Of a DNA stretch of 64,000 bases, positions 1 to 15,300 are shown one piece after another. A program made the translations under genes and the position numbers. Within the stretch, counting starts at the first letter, position 1, and each line of letters begins with the position of its first letter. The stretch comes from Eledone cirrhosa. Lineage: Eukaryota. Where the stretch lies: the NCBI GenBank assembly GCA_964016885.1, contig OZ024740.1:28334001-28398000 (forward strand). Reading direction: 5' to 3'. The notes under the pieces were generated by a model. That model ran no database searches. It was not told where the DNA came from and saw only the letters and a list, made by a program, of their open reading frames with translations.

Positions 1-3000
1 GACAATATGTGATTTTCCTGAGTATATGTGATTTTCCTGAGTATATGTGATTTTCCTGAGTATATGTGATTTTCTTGAGTATATGTGATTTTCCTGAGTA
101 TATGTGATTTCCCTGAGTATATGTGATTTTCCTGACTATTTGTGATTTTCCTGACTATGTGATTTTCTTGACTATATGTGATTTTCCTGAGTATATGTGA
201 TTTTCATGAGTATATGTGATATTCCTGAGTATATGTGATTTTCCTGACTATATGTGATTTTCCTGAGTATATGTGATTTTCATGAGTATATGCGATTTTC
301 CTGAGTATATGTGATTTTCCTGAGTATATGTGATTTTCATGATTATGTGATTTTCCTGACAATATGTGATTTTCCTGAGTATATGTGATTTTCCTGAGTA
401 TACGTGATTTTCATAACTATGTGATTTTCCTGACAATATGTGATTTTCATGATTATATGTGATCTTCCTGAGTATATGTGATTTTCCTGAGTATATGTGA
501 TTTCCCTGAGTATATGTGATTTTCCTGAGTATATGTGATTTTCATGACTATATGTGATTTTCCTGAGTATATGTGATTTTCATGATTATGTGATTTTCCT
601 GACAATATGTGATTTTCCTGAGTATATGTGATTTTCCTGAGTATATGTGATTTTCCTGAGTATATGTGATTTTCTTGAGTATATGTGATTTTCCTGAGTA
701 TATGTGATTTCCCTGAGTATATGTGATTTTCCTGACTATTTGTGATTTTCCTGACTATGTGATTTTCTTGACTATATGTGATTTTCCTGAGTATATGTGA
801 TTTTGCTGACTATATGTGATTTTCCTGAGTATATAAAATTTCCCTGAGTATATGTGATTTTCCTGAGTATATGTGATTTTCCTGACTATATGTGCTTTTC
901 CTGAGTATATGTGATTTCCCTGACTATATGTGATTTCCCGGAGTATATGTGATTTTCATGAGTATATGTGATTTTCCTGTGTATATGTGATCTTCCTGAG
1001 TATATGTGATTTTCCTGAGTATATGTGATTTTCCTGAGTATATGTGATCTTCCTGAGTATATGTGATTTTCCTGAGTATATGTGATTTCCCTGAGTATAT
1101 GTGATTTTCCTGAGTATATGTGATTTTCCTGACTTTATGTGATTTTCCTGAGTATATGTGATTTTCATGACTATATGTGATTTTCCTGACTCTATGTGAT
1201 TTTCCTGACAATATGTGATTTTCCTGAGTATGTGTGATTTTCATGAGTATATGTGATTTTCATGAGTATACGTGATTTTCCTGAGTATATGTAATTTCTT
1301 TGAGTATATGTGATTTCCCTGACTATATGTGATGTTCCTGAGTATATGTGATCTTCCTGAGTATATGTGATTTTCCTGAGTATAGGCGATTTTCCTGAGT
1401 ACATGTGATTTTTCTGACTATATGTGATCTTCCTGAGTATATGTGATTTCCCTGAGTATATGTGATTTCCCTGACTATATGTGATTTTCATGATTATATG
1501 TGATCTTCCTGAGTATATGTGATTTTCCTGAGTATACGTGATTTTCATGACTATGTGATTTTCCTGACAATATGTGATTTTCCTGAGTATATGTGATTTT
1601 CCTGAGTATATGTGATTTTCCTGAGTATATGTGATTTTCTTGAGTATATGTGATTTTCCTGAGTATATGTGATTTTCCTGAGTATATGTGATTTTCCTGA
1701 CTATTTGTGATTTTCCTGACTACGTGATTTTCTTGACTATATGTGATTTTCCTGAGTATATGTGATTTTCATGAGTATATGTGATATTCCTGAGTATATG
1801 TGATTTTCCTGACTATATGTGATTTTCCTGAGTATATGTGATTTTCATGAGTATATGCGATTTTCCTGAGTATATGTGATTTTCCTGAGTATATGAAATT
1901 TCCCTGAGTATATGTGAATTTCCTTACTATTTGTGATTTTCCTGACTATGTGATTTTCTTGACTATATGTGATTTTCCTGAGTATATGTGATTTTCCTGA
2001 CTATATGTGATTTTCCTGAGTATATGTGATTTTCTTGAGTATATGTGATTTTCCTGAGTATATGTGATTTCCCTGAGTATATGTGATTTTCCTGACTATA
2101 TGTGATCTTCCTGAGTATATGTCATTTCCCTGAGTATATGTGATTTTCATGATTATGTGATTTTCCTGACAATATGTGATTTTCCTGAGTATATGTGATT
2201 TTCCTGAGTATATGTGATTTTCCTGAGTATATGTGATTTTCCTGACTTTATGTGATTTTCCTGAGTATATGTGATTTTCATGACTGTATGTGATTTTCCT
2301 GAGTATATGTGATTTTCCTGACTATATGTGATTTTCCTGACAATATGTGATTTTCCTGAGTATGTGTGATTATCATGAGTATATGTGATTTTCATGAGTA
2401 TACGTGATTTTCCTGAGTATATGTAATTTCTTTGAGTATATGTGATTTCCCTGACTATATGTGATGTTCCTGAGTATATGTGATCTTCCTGAGTATATGT
2501 GATTTTCCTGAGTATAGGCGATTTTCCTGAGTACATGTGATTTTTCTGACTATATGTGATCTTCCTGAGTATATGTCATTTCCCTGAGTATATGTGATTT
2601 CCCTGACTATATGTGATTTTCATGATTATATGTGATCTTCCTGAGTATATGTGATTTTCCTGAGTATATGTGATTTCCCTGAGTATATGTGATTTTCCTG
2701 AGTATCTGTGTTTTTCTTGAGTATATGTGATTTTCCTGAGTATATGTGATTTCCCTGAGTATATGTGATTTTCCTGACTATTTGTGATTTTCCTGACTAT
2801 GTGATTTTCTTGACTATATGTGATTTCCCTGACTATATGTGATTTTCCTGAGTATATGTAACTTCCCTGAGTATATGTGATTTTCCTGAGTATATGTGAT
2901 TTCCCTGACTATATGTGATTTTCATGATTATATGTGATCTTCCTGAGTATATGTGATTTTCCTGAGTATATGTGATTTTCATGATTATGTGATTTTCCTG

Positions 3001-6000
3001 ACAATATGTGATTTTCCTGAGTATATGTGATTTTCCTGAGTATACGTGATTTTCATAACTATGTGATTTTCCTGACAATATGTGATTTTACTGAGTATAT
3101 GTGATTTTCCTGAGTATATGTGATTTTCCTGAGTATATGTGATTTCCCTGAGTATATGTGATTTTCCTGAGTATATGTGATTTTCATGAGTATATGTGAT
3201 TTTCCTGAGTATACGTGATTTTCATGACTATGTGATTTTCCTGACAATATGTGATTTTCCTGAGTATATGTGATTTTCCTGAGTATATGTGATTTTCCTG
3301 AGTATATGTGATTTTCTTGAGTATATGTGATTTTCCTGAGTATATGTGATTTCCCTGAGTATATGTGATTTTCCTGACTATTTGTGATTTTCCTGACTAT
3401 GTGATTTTCTTGACTATATGTGATTTTCCTGAGTATATGTGATTTTCATGAGTATATGTGATATTCCTGAGTATATGTGATTTTCCTGACTATATGTGAT
3501 TTTCCTGAGTATATGTGATTTTCATGAGTATATGCGATTTTCCTGAGTATATGTGATTTTCCTGAGTATATGAAATTTCCCTGAGTATATGTGAATTTCC
3601 TTACTATTTGTGATTTTCCTGACTATGTGATTTTCTTGACTATATGTGATTTTCCTGAGTATATGTGATTTTCCTGACTATATGTGATTTTCCTGAGTAT
3701 ATAAAATTTCCCTGAGTATATGTGATTTTCCTGAGTATATGTGATTTTCCTGACTATATGTGATTTTCCTGAGTATATGTGATTTCCCTGACTATATGTG
3801 ATTTTACTGAGTATATGTAATTTCCCTGAGTATATGTGATTTTTATGAGTATATGTGATCTCCTGACTATATGTGATTTTCCTGAGTATATGTGATTTCC
3901 CTGACTATATGTGATTTCCCTGAGTATATGTGATTTTCCTGAGTATATGTGATTTTCCTGAGTATATGTGATTTCCCTGACTATATGTGATTTTCATGAT
4001 TATATGTGATATTTCTGAGTATATGTGATTTTCCTGAGTATATGTGATTTCCCTGAGTATATGTGATTTTCCTGAGTATATGTGATTTTCATGACTATAT
4101 GTGATTTTCCTGAGTATATGTGATTTTCATGATTATGTGATTTTCCTGACAATATGTGATTTTCCTGAGTATATGTGATTTTCCTGAGTATATGTGATTT
4201 TCCTGAGTATATGTGATTTTCTTGAGTATATGTGATTTTCCTGAGTATATGTGATTTCCCTGAGTATATGTGATTTTCCTGACTATTTGTGATTTTCCTG
4301 ACTATGTGATTTTCTTGACTATATGTGATTTTCCTGAGTATATGTGATTTTGCTGACTATATGTGATTTTCCTGAGTATATAAAATTTCCCTGAGTATAT
4401 GTGATTTTCCTGAGTATATGTGATTTTCCTGACTATATGTGCTTTTCCTGAGTATATGTGATTTCCCTGACTATATGTGATTTCCCGGAGTATATGTGAT
4501 ATTCATGAGTATATGTGATTTTCCTGAGTATATGTGATCTTCCTGAGTATATGTGATTTTCCTGAGTATATGTGATTTTCCTGAGTATATGTGATCTTCC
4601 TGAGTATATGTGATTTTCCTGAGTATATGTGATTTCCCTGAGTATATGTGATTTTCCTGAGTATATGTGATTTTCCTGACTTTATGTGATTTTCCTGAGT
4701 ATATGTGATTTTCATGACTATATGTGATTTTCCTGAGTATATGTGATTTTCCTGACTATATGTGATTTTCCTGACAATATGTGATTTTCCTGAGTATGTG
4801 TGATTTTCATGAGTATATGTGATTTTCATGAGTATACGTGATTTTCCTGAGTATATGTAATTACTTTGAGTATATGTGATTTCCCTGACTATATGTGATG
4901 TTCCTGAGTATATGTGATCTTCCTGAGTATATGTGATTTTCCTGAGTATAGGCGATTTTCCTGAGTACATGTGATTTTTCTGACTATATGTGATCTTCCT
5001 GAGTATATGTGATTTCCCTGAGTATATGTGATTTCCCTGACTATATGTGATTTTCATGATTATATGTGATCTTCCTGAGTATATGTGATTTTCCTGAGTA
5101 TATGTGATTTCCCTGAGTATATGTGATTTTCCTGAGTATATGTGATTTTCATGACTATATGTGATTTTCCTGAGTATATGTGATTTTCATGATTATGTGA
5201 TTTTCCTGACAATATGTGATTTTCCTGAGTATATGTGATTTTCCTGAGTATATGTGATTTTCCTGAGTATATTTGATTTTCTTGAGTATATGTGATTTTC
5301 CTGAGTATATGTGATTTCCCTGAGTATATGTGATTTTCCTGAGTATCTGTGTTTTTCTTGAGTATATGTGATTTTCCTGAGTATATGTGATTTCCGTGAG
5401 TATATGTGATTTTCCTGAGTATATGTGATTTTCATGACTATATGTGATTTTCCTGAGTATATGTGATTTTCATGATTATGTGATTTTCCTGACAATATGT
5501 GATTTTCCTGACTATTTGTGATTTTCCTGACTATGTGATTTTCTTGACTATATGTGATTTCCCTGACTATATGTGATTTTCATGATTATATGTGATCTTC
5601 CTGAGTATATGTGATTTTCCTGAGTATATGTGATTTTCATGATTATGTGATTTTCCTGACAATATGTGATTTTCCTGAGTATATGTGATTTTCCTGAGTA
5701 TACGTGATTTTCATGACTATGTGATTTTCCTGACAATATGTGATTTTCCTGAGTATATGTGATTTTCCTGAGTATATGTGATTTTCCTGAGTATATGTGA
5801 TTTCCCTGAGTATATGTGATTTTCCTGAGTATATGTGATTTTCATGAGTATATGTGATTTTCCTGAGTATACGTGATTTTCATGAATATGTGATTTTCAT
5901 GACTATGTGATTTTCCTGACAATATGTGATTTTCCTGAGTATATGTGATTTTCCTGAGTATATGTGATTTTCCTGAGTATATGTGATTTTCTTGAGTATA

Positions 6001-6499
6001 TGTGATTTTCCTGAGTATATGTGATTTCCCTGTGTATATGTGATTTTCCTGACTATTTGTGATTTTCCTGACTATGTGATTTTCTTGACTATATGTGATT
6101 TTCCTGAGTATATGTGATTTTCATGAGTATATGTGATATTCCTGAGTATATGCGATTTTCCTGAGTATATGTGATTTTCCTGAGTATATGAAATTTCCCT
6201 GAGTATATGTGAATTTCCTTACTATTTGTGATTTTCCTGACTATGTGATTTTCTTGACTATATGTGATTTTCCTGAGTATATGTGATTTTCCTGACTATA
6301 TGTGATTTTCCTGAGTATATAAAATTTCCCTGAGTATATGTGATTTTCCTGAGTATATGTGATTTTCCTGACTATATGTGATTTTCCTGAGTATATGTGA
6401 TTTCCCTGACTATATGTGATTTTCCTGAGTATATGTAATTTCCCTGAGTATATGTGATTTTCCTGAGTATATGTGATCTCCTGACTATATGTGATTTTC

Positions 6500-9400
6500 C
6501 TGAGTATATGTGATTTCCCTGACTATATGTGATTTCCCTGAGTATATGTGATTTTCCTGAGTATATGTGATTTTCCTGAGTATATGTGATTTCCCTGACT
6601 ATATGTGATTTTCATGATTATATGTGATCTTCCTGAGTATATGTGATTTTCCTGAGTATATGTGATTTCCCTGAGTATATGTGATTTTCCTGAGTATATG
6701 TGATTTTCATGACTATATGTGATTTTCCTGAGTATATTTGATTTTCATGATTATGTGATTTTCCTGACAATATGTGATTTGCCTGAGTATATGTGATTTT
6801 CCTGAGTATATGTGATTTTCCTGAGTATATGTGATTTTCTTGAGTATATGTGATTTTCCTGAGTATATGTGATTTCCCTGAGTATATGTGAATTTCCTGA
6901 CTATTTGTGATTTTCCTGACTATGTGATTTTCTTGACTATATGTGATTTTCCTGAGTATATGTGATTTTGCTGACTATATGTGATTTTCCTGAGTATATA
7001 AAATTTCCCTGAGTATATGTGATTTTCCTGAGTATATGTGATTTTCCTGACTATATGTGCTTTTCCTGAGTATATGTGATTTCCCTGACTATATGTGATT
7101 TCCCGGAGTATATGTGATTTTCATGAGTATATGTGATTTTCCTGAGTATATGTGATCTTCCTGAGTATATGTGATTTTCCTGAGTATATGTGATTTTCCT
7201 GAGTATATGTGATCTTCCTGAGTATATGTGATTTTCCTGAGTATATGTGATTTCCCTGAGTATATGTGATTTTCCTGAGTATATGTGATTTTCCTGACTT
7301 TATGTGATTTTCCTGAGTATATGTGATTTTCATGACTATATGTGATTTTCCTGAGTATATGTGATTTTCCTGACTATATGTGATTTTCCTGACAATATGT
7401 GATTTTCCTGAGTATGTGTGATTTTCATGAGTATATGTGATTTTCATGAGTATACGTGATTTTCCTGAGTATATGTAATTTCTTTGAGTATATGTGATTT
7501 CCCTGACTATATGTGATGTTCCTGAGTATATGTGATCTTCCTGAGTATATGTGATTTTCCTGAGTATAGGCGATTTTCCTGAGTACATGTGATTTTTCTG
7601 ACTATATGTGATCTTCCTGAGTATATGTGATTTCCCTGAGTATATGTGATTTCCCTGACTATATGTGATTTTCATGATTATATGTGATCTTCCTGAGTAT
7701 ATGTGATTTTCCTGAGTATATGTGATTTCCCTGAGTATATGTGATTTTCCTGAGTATATGTGATTTTCATGACTATATGTGATTTTCCTGAGTATATGTG
7801 ATTTTCATGATTATGTGATTTTCCTGACAATATGTGATTTTCCTGAGTATATGTGATTTTCCTGAGTATATGTGATTTTCCTGAGTATATGTGATTTTCT
7901 TGAGTATATGTGATTTTCCTGAGTATATGTGATTTCCCTGAGTATATGTGATTTTCCTGAGTATATGTGTTTTTCTTGAGTATATGTGATTTTCCTGAGT
8001 ATATGTGATTTCCCTGAGTATATGTGATTTTCCTGACTATTTGTGATTTTCCTGACTATGTGATTTTCTTGACTATATGTGATTTCCCTGACTATATGTG
8101 ATTTTCCTGAGTATATGTAATTTCCCTGAGTATATGTGATTTTCCTGAGTATATGTGATTTCCCTGACTATATGTGATTTTCATGATTATATGTGATCTT
8201 CCTCAGTATATGTGATTTTCCTGAGTATATGTGATTTTCATGATTATGTGATTTTCCTGACAATATGTGATTTTCCTGAGTATATGTGATTTTCCTGAGT
8301 ATACGTGATTTTCATGACTATGTGATTTTCCTGACAATATGTGATTTTCCTGAGTATATGTGATTTTCCTGAGTATATGTGATTTTCCTGAGTATATGTG
8401 ATTTTCTTGAGTATATGTGATTTTCCTGAGTATATGTGATTTCCCTGAGTATATGTGATTTTCCTGACTATTTGTGATTTTCCTGACTATGTGATTTTCT
8501 TGACTATATGTGATTTTCCTGAGTATATGTGATTTTCATGAGTATATGTGATTTTCCTGAGTATATGTGATTTCCCTGAGTATATGTGATTTTCCTGAGT
8601 ATATGTGATTTTCCTGAGTATATGTGATTTTCATGAGTATACGTGATTTTCATGACTATGTGATTTTCCTGACAATATGTGATTTTCCTGAGTATATGTG
8701 ATTTTCCTGAGTATATGTGATTTTCCTGAGTATATGTGATTTTCTTGAGTATATGTGATTTTCCTGAGTATATGTGATTTCCCTGAGTATATGTGATTTT
8801 CCTGACTATTTGTGATTTTCCTGACTATGTGATTTTCTTGACTATATGTGATTTTCCTGAGTATATGTGATTTTCATGAGTATATGTGATATTCCTGAGT
8901 ATATGTGATTTTCCTGACTATATGTGATTTTCCTGAGTATATGTGATTTTCATGAGTATATGCGATTTTCCTGAGTATATGTGATTTTCCTGAGTATATG
9001 AAATTTCCCTGAGTATATGTGAATTTCCTTACTATTTGTGATTTTCCTGACTATGTGATTTTCTTGACTATATGTGATTTTCCTGAGTATATGTGATTTT
9101 CCTGACTATATGTGATTTTCCTGAGTATATAAAATTTCCCTGAGTATATGTGATTTTCCTGAGTATATGTGATTTTCCTGACTATATGTGATTTTCCTGA
9201 GTATATGTGATTTCCCTGACTATATGTGATTTTCCTGAGTATATGTAATTTCCCTGAGTATATGTGATTTTCCTGAGTATATGTGATCTCCTGACTATAT
9301 GTGATTTTCCTGAGTATATGTGATTTCCCTGACTATATGTGATTTCCCTGAGTATATGTGATTTTCCTGAGTATATGTGATTTTCCTGAGTATATGTGAT

Positions 9401-12400
9401 TTCCCTGACTATATGTGATTTTCATGATTATATGTGATCTTCCTGAGTATATGTGATTTTCCTGAGTATATGTGATTTCCCTGAGTATATGTGATTTTCC
9501 TGAGTATATGTGATTTTCATGACTATATGTGATTTTCCTGAGTATATTTGATTTTCATGATTATGTGATTTTCCTGACAATATGTGATTTGCCTGAGTAT
9601 ATGTGATTTTCGTGAGTATATGTGATTTTCCTGAGTATATGTGATTTTCTTGAGTATATGTGATTTTCCTGAGTATATGTGATTTCCCTGAGTATATGTG
9701 ATTTTCCTGACTATTTGTGATTTTCCTGACTATGTGATTTTCTTGACTATATGTGATTTTCCTGAGTATATGTGATTTTGCTGACTATATGTGATTTTCC
9801 TGAGTATATAAAATTTCCCTGAGTATATGTGATTTTCCTGAGTATATGTGCTTTTCCTGAGTATATGTGATTTCCCTGACTATATGTGATTTCCCGGAGT
9901 ATATGTGATTTTCATGAGTATATGTGATTTTCCTGAGTATATGTGATTTTCCTGAGTATATGTGATTTTCCTGAGTATATGTGATCTTCCTGAGTATATG
10001 TGATTTTCCTGAGTATATGTGATTTCCCTGAGTATATGTGATTTTCCTGAGTATATGTGATTTTCCTGACTTTATGTGATTTTCCTGAGTATATGTGATT
10101 TTCATGACTATATGTGATTTTCCTGAGTATATGTGATTTTCCTGACTATATGTGATTTTCCTGACAATATGTGATTTTCCTGAGTATGTGTGATTTTCAT
10201 GAGTATATGTGATTTTAATGAGTATACGTGATTTTCCTGAGTATATGTAATTTCTTTGAGTATATGTGATTTCCCTGACTATATGTGATGTTCCTGAGTA
10301 TATGTGATCTTCCTGAGTATATGTGATTTTCCTGAGTATAGGCGATTTTCCTGAGTACATGTGATTTTTCTGACTATATGTGATCTTCCTGAGTATATGT
10401 GATTTCCCTGAGTATATGTGATTTCCCTGACTATATGTGATTTTCATGATTATATGTGATCTTCCTGAGTATATGTGATTTTCCTGAGTATATGTGATTT
10501 CCCTGAGTATATGTGATTTTCCTGAGTATATGTGATTTTCATGACTATATGTGATTTTCCTGAGTATATGTGATTTTCATGATTATGTGATTTTCCTGAC
10601 AATATGTGATTTTCCTGAGTATATGTGATTTTCCTGAGTATATGTGATTTTCCTGAGTATATGTGATTTTCTTGAGTATATGTGATTTTCCTGAGTATAT
10701 GTGATTTCCCTGAGTATATGTGATTTTCCTGAGTATATGTGTTTTTCTTGAGTATATGTGATTTTCCTGAGTATATGTGATTTCCCTGAGTATATGTGAT
10801 TTTCCTGACTATTTGTGATTTTCCTGACTATGTGATTTACTTGACTATATGTGATTTCCCTGACTATATGTGATTTTCCTGAGTATATGTAATTTCCCTG
10901 AGTATATGTGATTTTCCTGAGTATATGTGATTTCCCTGACTATATGTGATTTCCCTGAGTATATGTGATTTTCCTGAGTATATGTGATTTTCCTGAGTAT
11001 ATGTGATTTCCCTGACTATATGTGATTTTCATGATTATATGTGATCTTCCTGAGTATATGTGATTTTCCTGAGTATATGTGATTTCCCTGAGTATATGTG
11101 ATTTTCCTGAGTATATGTGATTTTCATGACTATATGTGATTTTCCTGAGTATATTTGATTTTCATGATTATGTGATTTTCCTGACAATATGTGATTTGCC
11201 TGAGTATATGTGATTTTCCTGAGTATATGTGATTTTCCTGAGTATATGTGATTTTCTTGAGTATATGTGATTTTCCTGAGTATATGTGATTTCCCTGAGT
11301 ATATGTGATTTTCCTGACTATTTGTGATTTTCCTGACTATGTGATTTTCTTGACTATATGTGATTTTCCTGAGTATATGTGATTTTGCTGACTATATGTG
11401 ATTTTCCTGAGTATATAAAATTTCCCTGAGTATATGTGATTTTCCTGAGTATATGTGATTTTCCTGACTATATGTGCTTTTCCTGAGTATATGTGATTTC
11501 CCTGACTATATGTGATTTCCCGGAGTATATGTGATTTTCATGAGTATATGTGATTTTCCTGAGTATATGTGATCTTCCTGAGTATATGTGATTTTCCTGA
11601 GTATATGTGATTTTCCTGAGTATATGTGATCTTCCTGAGTATATGTGATTTTCCTGAGTATATGTGATTTCCCTGAGTATATGTGATTTTCCTGAGTATA
11701 TGTGATTTTCCTGAGTATATGTGATTTTCCTGAGTATATGTGATTTTCATGACTATATGTGATTTTCCTGAGTATATGTGATTTTCCTGACTATATGTGA
11801 TTTTCCTGACAATATGTGATTTTCCTGAGTATGTGTGATTTTCATGAGTATATGTGATTTTCATGAGTATACGTGATTTTCCTGAGTATATGTAATTTCT
11901 TTGAGTATATGTGATTTCCCTGACTATATGTGATGTTCCTGAGTATATGTGATCTTCCTGAGTATATGTGATTTTCCTGAGTATAGGCGATTTTCCTGAG
12001 TACATGTGATTTTTCTGACTATATGTGATCTTCCTGAGTATATGTTATTTCCCTGAGTATATGTGATTTCCCTGACTATATGTGATTTTCATGATTATAT
12101 GTGATCTTCCTGAGTATATGTGATTTTCCTGAGTATATGTGATTTCCCTGAGTATATGTGATTTTCCTGAGTATATGTGATTTTCATGACTATATGTGAT
12201 TTTCCTGAGTATATGTGATTTTCATGATTATGTGATTTTCCTGACAATATGTGATTTTCCTGAGTATATGTGATTTTCCTGAGTATATGTGATTTTCCTG
12301 AGTATATGTGATTTTCTTGAGTATATGTGATTTTCCTGAGTATATGTGATTTTCCTGAGTATATGTGTTTTTCTTGAGTATATGTGATTTTCCTGAGTAT

Positions 12401-15300
12401 ATGTGATTTCCCTGAGTATATGTGATTTTCCTGACTATTTGTGATTTTCCTGACTATGTGATTTTCTTGACTATATGTGATTTCCCTGACTATATGTGAT
12501 TTTCCTGAGTATATGTAATTTCCCTGAGTATATGTGATTTTCCTGAGTATATGTGATTTCCCTGACTATATGTGATTTTCATGATTATATGTGATCTTCC
12601 TCAGTATATGTGATTTTCCTGAGTATATGTGATTTTCATGATTATGTGATTTTCCTGACAATATGTGATTTTCCTGAGTATATGTGATTTTCCTGAGTAT
12701 ACGTGATTTTCATGACTATGTGATTTTCCTGACAATATGTGATTTTCCTGAGTATATGTGATTTTCCTGAGTATATGTGATTTTCCTGAGTATATGTGAT
12801 TTTCTTGAGTATATGTGATTTTCCTGAGTATATGTGATTTCCCTGAGTATATGTGATTTTCCTGACTATTTGTGATTTTCCTGACTATGTGATTTTCTTG
12901 ACTATATGTGATTTTCCTGAGTATATGTGATTTTCATGAGTATATGTGATTTTCATGAGTATATGTGATTTCCCTGAGTATATGTGATTTTCCTGAGTAT
13001 ATGTGATTTTCCTGAGTATATGTGATTTTCATGAGTATACGTGATTTTCATGACTATGTGATTTTCCTGACAATATGTGATTTTCCTGAGTATATGTGAT
13101 TTTCCTGAGTAAATGAGATTTTCCTGAGTATATGTGATTTTCTTGAGTATATGTGATTTTCCTGAGTATATGTGATTTCCCTGAGTATATGTGATTTTCC
13201 TGACTATTTGTGATTTTCCTGACTATGTGATTTTCTTGACTATATGTGATTTTCCTGAGTATATGTGATTTTCATGAGTATATGTGATATTCCTGAGTAT
13301 ATGTGATTTTCCTGACTATATGTGATTTTCCTGAGTATATGTGATTTTCATGAGTATATGCGATTTTCCTGAGTATATGTGAATTTCCTGAGTATATGAA
13401 ATTTCCCTGAGTATATGTGAATTTCCTTACTATTTGTGATTTTCCTGACTATGTGATTTTCTTGACTATATGTGATTTTCCTGAGTATATGTGATTTTCC
13501 TGACTATATGTGATTTTCCTGAGTATATAAAATTTCCCTGAGTATATGTGATTTTCCTGAGTATATGTGATTTTCCTGACTATATGTGATTTTCCTGAGT
13601 ATATGTGATTTCCCTGACTATATGTGATTTTCCTGAGTATATGTAATTTCCCTGAGTATATGTGATTTTCCTGAGTATATGTGATCTCCTGACTATATGT
13701 GATTTTCCTGAGTATATGTGATTTCCCTGACTATATGTGATTTCCCTGAGTATATGTGATTTTCCTGAGTATATGTGATTTTCCTGAGTATATGTGATTT
13801 CCCTGACTATATGTGATTTTCATGATTATATGTGATCTTCCTGAGTATATGTGATTTTCCTGAGTATATGTGATTTCCCTGAGTATATGTGATTTTCCTG
13901 AGTATATGTGATTTTCATGACTATATGTGATTTTCCTGAGTATATTTGATTTTCATGATTATGTGATTTTCCTGACAATATGTGATTTGCCTGAGTATAT
14001 GTGATTTTCCTGAGTATATGTGATTTTCCTGAGTATATGTGATTTTCTTGAGTATATGTGATTTTCCTGAGTATATGTGATTTCCCTGAGTATATGTGAT
14101 TTTCCTGACTATTTGTGATTTTCCTGACTATGTGATTTTCTTGACTATATGTGATTTTCCTGAGTATATGTGATTTTGCTGACTATATGTGATTTTCCTG
14201 AGTATATAAAATTTCCCTGAGTATATGTGATTTTCCTGAGTATATGTGATCTTCCTGAGTATATGTGATTTTCCTGAGTATATGTAATTTTCCTGAGTAT
14301 ATGTGATCTTCCTGAGTATATGTGATTTTCCTGAGTATATGTGATTTCCCTGAGTATATGTGATTTTCCTGAGTATATGTGATTTTCCTGACTTTATGTG
14401 ATTTTCCTGAGTATATGTGATTTTCATGACTATATGTGATTTTCCTGAGTATATGTGATTTTCCTGACTATATGTGATTTTCCTGACAATATGTGATTTT
14501 CCTGAGTATGTGTGATTTTCATGAGTATATGTGATTTTCATGAGTATACGTGATTTTCCTGAGTATATGTAATTTCTTTGAGTATATGTGATTTCCCTGA
14601 CTATATGTGATGTTCCTGAGTATATGTGATCTTCCTGAGTATATGTGATTTTCCTGAGTATAGGCGATTTTCCTGAGTACATGTGATTTTTCTGACTATA
14701 TGTGATCTTCCTGAGTATATGTGATTTCCCTGAGTATATGTGATTTCCCTGACTATATGTGATTTTCATGATTATATGTGATCTTCCTGAGTATATGTGA
14801 TTTTCCTGAGTATATGTGATTTCCCTGAGTATATGTGATTTTCCTGAGTATATGTGATTTTCATGACTATATGTGATTTTCCTGTGTATATGTGATTTTC
14901 ATGATTATGTGATTTTCCTGACAATATGTGATTTTCCTGAGTATATGTGATTTTCCTGAGTATATGTGATTTTCCTGAGTATATGTGATTTTCTTGAGTA
15001 TATGTGATTTTCCTGAGTATATGTGATTTCCCTGAGTATATGTGATTTTCCTGAGTATATGTGTTTTTCTTGAGTATATGTGATTTTCCTGAGTATATGT
15101 GATTTCCCTGAGTATATGTGATTTTCCTGACTATTTGTGATTTTCCTGACTATGTGATTTTCTTGACTATATGTGTTTTCCCTGACTATATGTGATTTTC
15201 CTGAGTATATGTAATTTCCCTGAGTATATGTGATTTTCCTGAGTATATGTGATTTCCCTGACTATATGTGATTTTCATGATTATATGTGATCTTCCTCAG
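6500..15300. repeat. About 4.3-4.4 kb tandem duplication containing ~2.6-2.8 kb and ~1.6 kb sub-periods
   Basis: ORF starts 7121/11538 (+4,417) and ORF ends 10447/14769 (+4,322). TCCTCAG is at ~8200/~12598, GAATTTCCTTAC at 9021/13419, and TTTGCCTGAG at ~6778, 9588, 11195 and 13986. Confidence 0.75.
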
